Origin: Oscillospiraceae bacterium
GTDB taxonomy: Bacteria > Bacillota > Clostridia > Oscillospirales > Ruminococcaceae
DNA length: 64,000 nucleotides
Assembly: GCA_009778065.1 (NCBI GenBank)
Contig: WRKM01000005.1
Span: 26,267-90,266 of the forward strand
Direction of reading: 5' to 3'
Below, piece by piece: positions 57,583 to 64,000 of the stretch. Within the stretch, counting starts at the first letter, position 1, and every line of letters begins with the position of its first letter. The translations under genes were made by a program, and so were the position numbers. A model generated the notes under the pieces. It made no database searches. It was not told where the DNA came from and saw only the letters and a program-made list of their open reading frames with translations.

Positions 57583-58823
57583 TGATAGAATTTGAAAACC
57601 TGACCTCCGTCTATGGCGGCATCTGTGCCGCAAAGGGCTTCACTGCGGGAAGTGTCCGTGCGGGAATAAAAGAGAGCAGTGAAAAAGACGACTTGGCTAT
57701 GATTTATTGCGTAAAACCGTGTACAGCGGCGGCTGTTTATACGACAAATGTTGTTAAAGGCGCGCCGATTGCTGTTACGAAGAACCATTTAAAAGACGGC
57801 AAGGCACAAGCCGTAATCGTAAATTCGGGAAACGCAAATACATGTAACGCTAATGGTGTCGAAATAGCGGAACTTATGTGTTCACTGACGGCTGAAAACT
57901 TAAGAATAAAGAAGGAAGACGTTATAGTAGCTTCCACGGGCGTTATTGGTCAGCAATTATTACCCGAACCGTTTGAAAAACACATACCGTTGTTGGCTGA
58001 GAGTTTAAATGAGGTCGGCAGTACCGATGCCTGTAGAGCAATCATGACCACCGACACAAGGATTAAAGAATTTGCGTTTGAATTTGAGCTTGGCGATAAA
58101 CTCTGCCGCATAGGCGGTATTTCAAAAGGGAGCGGAATGATTAATCCCGATATGGCGACATTGCTCGTATTTATAACCACCGATGCGGCGGTTTCTTCAC
58201 CGATGCTGTTACGGGCGTTACGCGATGCAAACGAGATTTCATATAACCGTATAAATATAGACGGAGATACATCCACCAATGATATGGCGGCAATAATGGC
58301 GTCGGGGCTTGCCGGAAATGAAGAGATAACAAACGAAGATGAGGATTATGAAATATTTTTCAACGCGCTGTGTGCTGTCATGCTTAATCTTGCGCGTGAA
58401 ACGGCAAGAGACGGGGAAGGTGCGACAAAGTTAATTGAATGTGCGGTCTTTAACGCGCCGAGTGAAAACGCCGCCGCACTCATATCGAGGGCTGTAATTT
58501 CATCGAGCCTTGTTAAAGCCGCTGTTTTTGCGGCAGATGCGAACTGGGGCAGGATTTTATGCGCGGCAGGGTATTCAGGTGCAGAGTTTGACCCGCATAA
58601 GGTTTCGGTAAAAATACTTTCGGAGAACGGTAGCGTCAGTGTTTGTGAAAACGGTGTCGGAACGAGTTATTCAGAGGAAGAAGCACACGATGTACTGAGT
58701 GCTGACGAAATCACAATTGTTATAGACTTAAACGAACAAGACAGCGAACTTAATCAGTCAATAGCCTGGGGTTGCGACCTTACATATGATTATGTGAAAA
58801 TTAATGCGGAATATCGCACGTAA
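57582..58823 (+). CDS. argJ: Ornithine acetyltransferase / N-acetylglutamate synthase
   Basis: NSGNAN, ASTGVIG, KGSGMINPDMAT, DGDTSTND, DGEGATK. Confidence 0.96.
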   Translation: MIEFENLTSVYGGICAAKGFTAGSVRAGIKESSEKDDLAMIYCVKPCTAAAVYTTNVVKGAPIAVTKNHLKDGKAQAVIVNSGNANTCNANGVEIAELMCSLTAENLRIKKEDVIVASTGVIGQQLLPEPFEKHIPLLAESLNEVGSTDACRAIMTTDTRIKEFAFEFELGDKLCRIGGISKGSGMINPDMATLLVFITTDAAVSSPMLLRALRDANEISYNRINIDGDTSTNDMAAIMASGLAGNEEITNEDEDYEIFFNALCAVMLNLARETARDGEGATKLIECAVFNAPSENAAALISRAVISSSLVKAAVFAADANWGRILCAAGYSGAEFDPHKVSVKILSENGSVSVCENGVGTSYSEEEAHDVLSADEITIVIDLNEQDSELNQSIAWGCDLTYDYVKINAEYRT

Positions 58824-58850
58824 CGGACAGTTGACAGGAAGGGAGAAAAA

Positions 58851-59702
58851 ATGATTGACAATAACACCCGCGCAAATATTTTAATTGAAGCTCTGCCTTA
58901 TATTCGGCAGTATTCGGGTAAAATAATTGTAATAAAATACGGCGGCAACGCAATGATTAACGATGAGCTTAAACAGGCGGTCATGTCGGATATTGTTTTA
59001 TTGTCGCTTTGCGGAATTAAAATTGTACTGGTTCACGGCGGCGGTCCCGAAATAAACTCAATGCTTGAAAAAATCGGAAAGAAGCCGCGGTTTATAAACG
59101 GACTTCGATATACCGATAAAGAAACCGCCGAGATAGTACAAATGGTACTTTGCGGAAAGGTAAACAAGGATTTGGTGGATTTACTGTATTCGCACAAGGG
59201 AAGGGGTATAGGGCTTTGCGGACTTGACGGCGGCTTGTTCAAAGCCGAACAGCTATCTGAAGATTTCGGCTATGTCGGAGAAATAACAAAGGTGAACCCA
59301 AAAGTGTTAACCACGGTCTTAGATAACGGCTATATTCCGGTAATAGCGACGGTCGCAGGCGGAAAAAACGGAGACATATTTAATATAAATGCCGATACAG
59401 CCGCTTCCGAGATAGCCTCTGCGGTAGGCGCGGATAATCTGATTTTGATGACAGACGTTAAAGGTATTTTAGAAAACGTGGAAGACGAAAACTCCTTGAT
59501 TTATAACATAAATCTGAGCGAAGTGCCTCTCTTAAAAGAACGCGGAATCATCACCGGCGGCATGATTCCGAAAATCGACTGTTGCGTTGAGGCAGTGAGA
59601 CGCGGAGTGAAAAAAGCGAATATAATAGACGGCAGGATTCCGCACTCAATTCTGATTGAGTTGTTAACCGACAAGGGTGCGGGAACGATGATAATTAAAT
59701 AG
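58851..59702 (+). CDS. argB: Acetylglutamate kinase
   Basis: VIKYGGNAM, VHGGGPEI, NINAD, GGMIPK. Confidence 0.96.
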   Translation: MIDNNTRANILIEALPYIRQYSGKIIVIKYGGNAMINDELKQAVMSDIVLLSLCGIKIVLVHGGGPEINSMLEKIGKKPRFINGLRYTDKETAEIVQMVLCGKVNKDLVDLLYSHKGRGIGLCGLDGGLFKAEQLSEDFGYVGEITKVNPKVLTTVLDNGYIPVIATVAGGKNGDIFNINADTAASEIASAVGADNLILMTDVKGILENVEDENSLIYNINLSEVPLLKERGIITGGMIPKIDCCVEAVRRGVKKANIIDGRIPHSILIELLTDKGAGTMIIK

Positions 59703-59718
59703 GGTAAAGGAGACAAAC

Positions 59719-60891
59719 ATGACTACTATAGAAAAAACCGACAAACACATAATGAGGTCTTACGGGCGGCTTCCGCTCGCAATAGAAAGCGGTAGCGGCG
59801 CATTAGCCACAGCCGAGGAAGGTAAGCAGTACATCGACTTCGGTTCGGGTATAGGCACAAACTCGCTCGGCTACTGCGATAGCGACTGGGCTAAAGCGGT
59901 CAGCAAGCAGGCTAAGACCTTGCAACACAACTCGAATTACTATTGTAACAAGCCGGGTGCGGAGTTTGCAGAGAGGCTCTGCGCTGTCACGGGATATACA
60001 AATATGTTTTTCGCAAACTCCGGTGCAGAAGCGAACGAATGTGCCATTAAAATCGCACGGAAATACAGCTTCGATAAATACGGAAAGAATCGTCACACAA
60101 TAATTACTCTGACAAATTCTTTTCATGGCAGAACTTTAGCGACTTTATCGGCTACGGGGCAGGAGGATATGCACAATTATTTCTTTCCGTTTGCCGAGGG
60201 GTTTGTCCATGTCGAGGCAAATAATATTGATGACTTAAAAACAAAGTTTGATTCTCATAACTCCGAAATCTGTGCGGTCATGATTGAGTATATTCAAGGT
60301 GAGGGCGGCGTAGTGGAGCTTGAACAGGGCTTTGTTGACGAAATCTTTAAAATCTGTGCAGTACGTGATGTTTTAATTATCGCAGACGAAGTGCAGACGG
60401 GTGCGGCTCGGACAGGAAAATTCTTAGCGGGTGAGCATTACGGAAAGAGAGCGGATATAACGACCCTCGCAAAAGGCATAGGCGGCGGTTTACCGCTTGG
60501 AGTATGCCTTGCAAACGAAAAATGTGCGGGCGTTCTGACAGCGGGGACGCACGGCTCTACCTACGGCGGAAACCCCGTGGTCTTAGCGGGTGCATTGGCG
60601 GTGCTGAAAAAGACGTCGAAACCTGAGTTTTCAAACGAAGTAACAGAAAAAGGCGAATACATAAGGGAGAAGCTACAGGGCTTGGACGAGGTTGTTTCGT
60701 TCAGCGGAAAGGGTTTAATGCTCGGAATAACGCTGAAAAATAAAAAAGCCCCCGACGTCTTAAAAGACGCGCTTCAAAAAGGCTTGTTAACGCTGACGGC
60801 AAAAGAAAAATTAAGACTGTTACCACCGCTGAACATTGATTATGACAGCCTTGATAAAGGGCTTGAGATTTTAAAGGAAATACTTGGATAG
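59719..60891 (+). CDS. argD: Acetylornithine aminotransferase
   Basis: NSGAEANE, FHGRT, DEVQTG, AKGIGGG, HGSTYGGNP. Confidence 0.94.
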   Translation: MTTIEKTDKHIMRSYGRLPLAIESGSGALATAEEGKQYIDFGSGIGTNSLGYCDSDWAKAVSKQAKTLQHNSNYYCNKPGAEFAERLCAVTGYTNMFFANSGAEANECAIKIARKYSFDKYGKNRHTIITLTNSFHGRTLATLSATGQEDMHNYFFPFAEGFVHVEANNIDDLKTKFDSHNSEICAVMIEYIQGEGGVVELEQGFVDEIFKICAVRDVLIIADEVQTGAARTGKFLAGEHYGKRADITTLAKGIGGGLPLGVCLANEKCAGVLTAGTHGSTYGGNPVVLAGALAVLKKTSKPEFSNEVTEKGEYIREKLQGLDEVVSFSGKGLMLGITLKNKKAPDVLKDALQKGLLTLTAKEKLRLLPPLNIDYDSLDKGLEILKEILG

Positions 60892-60903
60892 GAGGTTCTT
60901 TTT

Positions 60904-61173
60904 ATGATGTACCCTTATATAACCTTAGCAGATGAGACTTTAATAACACATTCGCACCTCAAAGAAGAAAACGGTTTAAAAATTGTAGACGTTCACTTTG
61001 AACGCCCTATTGAAAGCGGTTTTGATTCGGCGAGAATAAGCTTGCCGTCTTATAGATGGATTATGAGAGAAGGTTTTACGGACGATGAAATAAAAGAGTT
61101 TGAAAGCATAACATCGAGTAACGCTCATTTATTTTATAAGTACGCAGAAGAGGGAGGACACGGACTTGCCTAA
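60904..61173 (+). CDS. Small hypothetical protein of the type I recall lying upstream of DUF4160 genes
   Basis: MMYPYITL.DET.I.HS...HFE.P...GF..A...LPSY.W; GGAGG SD. Confidence 0.7.
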   Translation: MMYPYITLADETLITHSHLKEENGLKIVDVHFERPIESGFDSARISLPSYRWIMREGFTDDEIKEFESITSSNAHLFYKYAEEGGHGLA

Positions 61174-61204
61174 GTTATTTACAATCAACAAGAAAGGAAA
61201 CTAA
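61166..61204 (+). pseudogene. 12-codon remnant resembling a DUF4160 N-terminus (MPKLFTI...)
   Basis: TTG start 8 nt after GGAGG, overlapping the upstream stop; ends 1 nt before the argF ATG. Confidence 0.4.
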
Positions 61205-61205
61205 T

Positions 61206-62108
61206 ATGAAACATTTACTTAAAATGCTCGATTTGGACGGCAAGGAAATCATCGAAATATTAAACTTAGCCGACCAGTTAAAATATGAGCAGAAACACGG
61301 AATCCCCCACAAACACCTCGCGGGGAAAACTCTCGGCATGATTTTTGAAAAAGCCTCAACACGGACGCGGGTCTCGTTTGAGACAGGAATGTACCAACTC
61401 GGCGGTTACGCACTGTTTTTATCATCGCAGGAACTGCAAATGGGCAGGGGAGAGCCGATAGAAGACACGGCGCGGGTTCTGTCACGGTATCTTAACGGTA
61501 TAATGATTAGGACGTTTAAACAAGAGGACGTAGAGTCACTCGCAAAATACGGCTCAATCCCTGTTATTAACGGGCTTACAGACACTTCGCACCCGTGCCA
61601 GGTCTTAGCGGATTTAATGACGGTTCGCGAGTATAAAAATAAGCTTGAGGGGTTAAAGCTCTGCTTTATCGGGGATGGACACAATATGGCAAACTCGCTT
61701 ATCGTGGGTTGCTTAAAGGTAGGTATGAAGGTGAGCGTGGCTACCCCCGAAGGCTACGAACCCGCAAAAAGCGCGTTGGACTTTGCAAAAGACTTTGAGG
61801 ATTTTGAGCTGTTACGCGAACCGCTCAAAGCCGCAGAAAACGCCGATGTTCTTGTCACCGACGTCTGGTCTTCAATGGGGCAGGAGGAAGAAGCCGACAA
61901 GCGCAAAAAAGATTTCGCAGGCTTCCAGATAAATGAGCAAACGATAAACGCCGCAAAATCCGATGTTATGGTTCTGCACTGCCTGCCTGCACATAAGGGC
62001 GAGGAGATTACCTATGAGGTTTTTGAAAACCATGCAAAAGCGATTTTTGACGAGTCGGAAAACAGGCTTCATGCACAGAAAGCGGTTATGGTAAAATTAA
62101 TGGGATAA
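61206..62108 (+). CDS. argF: Ornithine carbamoyltransferase
   Basis: ASTRTRVSFE, HPCQ, HCLP. Confidence 0.97.
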   Translation: MKHLLKMLDLDGKEIIEILNLADQLKYEQKHGIPHKHLAGKTLGMIFEKASTRTRVSFETGMYQLGGYALFLSSQELQMGRGEPIEDTARVLSRYLNGIMIRTFKQEDVESLAKYGSIPVINGLTDTSHPCQVLADLMTVREYKNKLEGLKLCFIGDGHNMANSLIVGCLKVGMKVSVATPEGYEPAKSALDFAKDFEDFELLREPLKAAENADVLVTDVWSSMGQEEEADKRKKDFAGFQINEQTINAAKSDVMVLHCLPAHKGEEITYEVFENHAKAIFDESENRLHAQKAVMVKLMG

Positions 62109-62123
62109 TTTTCACAAAAAGGC

Positions 62124-62152
62124 TTGCATAATTTTTAAAATTATGTTATAAT
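62124..62152 (+). promoter_or_regulatory. sigma70 promoter of hpf
   Basis: TTGCAT, 17 bp, TGn-TATAAT. Confidence 0.75.
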
Positions 62153-62193
62153 TAAACTATAAAATAAGCGTATACAAAGGAGAATAAAAACAC

Positions 62194-62715
62194 ATGGACG
62201 TAAAAGTAACCGCAAAGAAAATGCAGGTTGACGGCTTGATGGAATACGCCCAAGCGAAGCTGAAAAAACTTGAGAGATTCTTCGGAAAAGATTTTGACGC
62301 AAAAATAACGGCATCTACACAGCGCGGTATGATTACCCTTGAGCTTACCGTACAGCACGAAAGCTTAGTATTCAGAGCGGAACAATCGGCACAGGATAAA
62401 AACAACGCTTTAGACGCCTGTATTGACAGGATTATAAGACAGATTCGCAAAAATAAAACAAAAATCGAAAAGCGATTACACGAAACTGCATTTAATGCCG
62501 ACTTCGTAGATGAGGTTGAGGAACAATCGACCTACGAAATTATCAGGAAAAAGCCGGTCATTCTACATCCGATGAGTGTAGACGAAGCGATTTTACAAAT
62601 GAATATGGTAAGCCATAATTTCTTTATGTTCAAAAATGGCGACAGCGGTGAGATTAATGTGGTTTATAAGCGTAAGGACGGGCATTATGCCGTGCTTCTT
62701 CCGACTAAGGATTAG
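62194..62715 (+). CDS. hpf: Ribosome hibernation promoting factor (long HPF/RaiA)
   Basis: RQIRKNKTK, PMSVDEAILQM.M..H.FFMF, VVYKRKDG.Y. Confidence 0.94.
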   Translation: MDVKVTAKKMQVDGLMEYAQAKLKKLERFFGKDFDAKITASTQRGMITLELTVQHESLVFRAEQSAQDKNNALDACIDRIIRQIRKNKTKIEKRLHETAFNADFVDEVEEQSTYEIIRKKPVILHPMSVDEAILQMNMVSHNFFMFKNGDSGEINVVYKRKDGHYAVLLPTKD

Positions 62716-62730
62716 ACGGAGATTAGGTGA

Positions 62731-64000
62731 TTAGACATATCTGCTCGCCTGTGCTGACCACATTTCGTTGTACTTCCCGTTTAAATGTAACAGCTCTTCA
62801 TGAGTTCCCTCTTCAATAATTTCACCTTTGTCGAGCATGAAAATCTTATTGGCGTGCTTGGTAGTTGACAGGCGGTGTGAGATAAAGACAACGGATTTAT
62901 CTTTCGCCGCCATATTCATTGAGCGGTTCATCTGATACTCGGCAATCGGGTCAAGCGCACTCGAAGGCTCATCGAGAATAATTAAGTCAGATGTTTTATA
63001 AAAGACTCGTGCTGTCGCGAGTTTTTGGCTTTCGCCGCCCGATAAAGCTGTCCCGTCCTCTTCAAATTCGCGCGTGAGCGGGGTGTTAAAGCCTTCGGAC
63101 ATTTCGAGCAGACGGGATTTAAAACCGCTTAATTCTACTGCACTTGTCATTAAACTATCGGCATCAGGCAGAGTGGAGATTAAGTCCATAGCTATATTCT
63201 CGGCGACAGAGGCGGCGTAAATCCTGAAATCCTGGAAAATAGTGCCGATTTTTTGCCGATATTCATCTAAATTAAAATCACGAATATCGATACCGTCAAG
63301 CAGTATTATACCTTCAACAGGGTCATACAAGCGCATTAAAAGCTTAATTAACGTCGTTTTACCCGCACCGTTATAACCTACGAGTGCGATTTTATTAAAC
63401 GGTTCTATAACAAGATTTATATTTTTCAGAATATAATCCTGTTTATCTGTGTAGCAAAAAGATACGTTCTTAAACTCGATTGTCTTTATGTCTTTAGGTA
63501 CAGGCAGATTTTTACTGCTGACAATTTTATTTTCGTAGTTCGTGAAAGTACGGATTTTATCAATATACAGCGCGTTTTCCATAGCACTCGGAAGAAGCTC
63601 GGAAAGCACAATCATTCCGCGTCTCATAGACCACACGGCGTTATGCAAAACGAACATTGTGCCGAAGGACATAGTCTTACGCAAAACAGTCATAAAGACC
63701 AAATATGTAAGATACAAGCCGTCAAAAATAAAATCACTGAAAGCGTATTCAGATAAAAAGCTGAGTACGAATTTTTTCTTTGATATGCCTTTATGAATTT
63801 TATAAATCTCATCGTTTGTTTCGTCGAACTCTTTGTGCAGACCTTTTGTGACTTTTTTGTTTAGTCTGAGTTCTTTTGCATAATCGTTTAAATAAAAAAC
63901 ACGGTGAATGTATCCGCGCTTGCGGACAAAAGGCATCTCGGATATACGCGCTTTAAACTGTAATTTATTTATCGCCCTGCCGATTAAAACCCTCGCAATA
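62731..64000 (-). CDS. ABC exporter, permease plus ATPase (5' end beyond window)
   Basis: GYNGAGKT, LSGGESQ, ILDEP, SHR; the frame is open to the window edge. Confidence 0.9.
   Translation of the reverse strand, partial: IARVLIGRAINKLQFKARISEMPFVRKRGYIHRVFYLNDYAKELRLNKKVTKGLHKEFDETNDEIYKIHKGISKKKFVLSFLSEYAFSDFIFDGLYLTYLVFMTVLRKTMSFGTMFVLHNAVWSMRRGMIVLSELLPSAMENALYIDKIRTFTNYENKIVSSKNLPVPKDIKTIEFKNVSFCYTDKQDYILKNINLVIEPFNKIALVGYNGAGKTTLIKLLMRLYDPVEGIILLDGIDIRDFNLDEYRQKIGTIFQDFRIYAASVAENIAMDLISTLPDADSLMTSAVELSGFKSRLLEMSEGFNTPLTREFEEDGTALSGGESQKLATARVFYKTSDLIILDEPSSALDPIAEYQMNRSMNMAAKDKSVVFISHRLSTTKHANKIFMLDKGEIIEEGTHEELLHLNGKYNEMWSAQASRYV

Noticed and set aside
1-64000. CRISPR arrays, tRNA/rRNA genes, IS elements, and the many short alternative-frame ORFs in the track
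   Set aside because: No regularly spaced repeats, cloverleafs, rRNA-like sequence or transposase motifs were seen. The short ORFs overlap well-supported genes and lack SDs or domains.

Overview
A chromosomal core-genome window from an anaerobic, probably spore-forming Clostridia member (Oscillospiraceae/Ruminococcaceae-like; this is an inference from gene content such as yaaL-bofA with a sigmaE-type promoter, dnaD plus a helicase loader, and the combined polyamine cluster). In order it carries secA, an Fe-alcohol dehydrogenase, a minus-strand block (GT4-cls-U32-like-dut, then mreB-phosphoesterase-mreC-mreD-pbp2-mgsA-hisS), a maltodextrin-type ABC/GH13 operon, iorA-GT2-DJ1-5FCL-mltG-U32, a B12 radical SAM gene, a DRTGG/kinase/sensory [FeFe]-hydrogenase/PHP module, ahpC-ahpF, dnaD/loader, a polyamine cluster, an arg operon, hpf and a partial ABC exporter. 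I found no tRNA, rRNA, CRISPR array, transposase or integrase. The most notable unexplained element is a roughly 700-nt hairpin-rich unit (about 43777-44475) with no long ORF. It has its own consensus sigma70 promoter and a closing 12-bp hairpin, and I cannot assign it to a known RNA family, so it is a candidate large ncRNA. Other notable items are a 6S-like or leader RNA upstream of ahpC, a Bro-N gene flanked by an exact 30-bp direct repeat inside the spe operon, a membrane domain fused in frame to carboxyspermidine synthase, a probable CTG start for mreC, and several other single-gene insertions into housekeeping operons. Protein-family calls come from motif recognition only; no searches were run.
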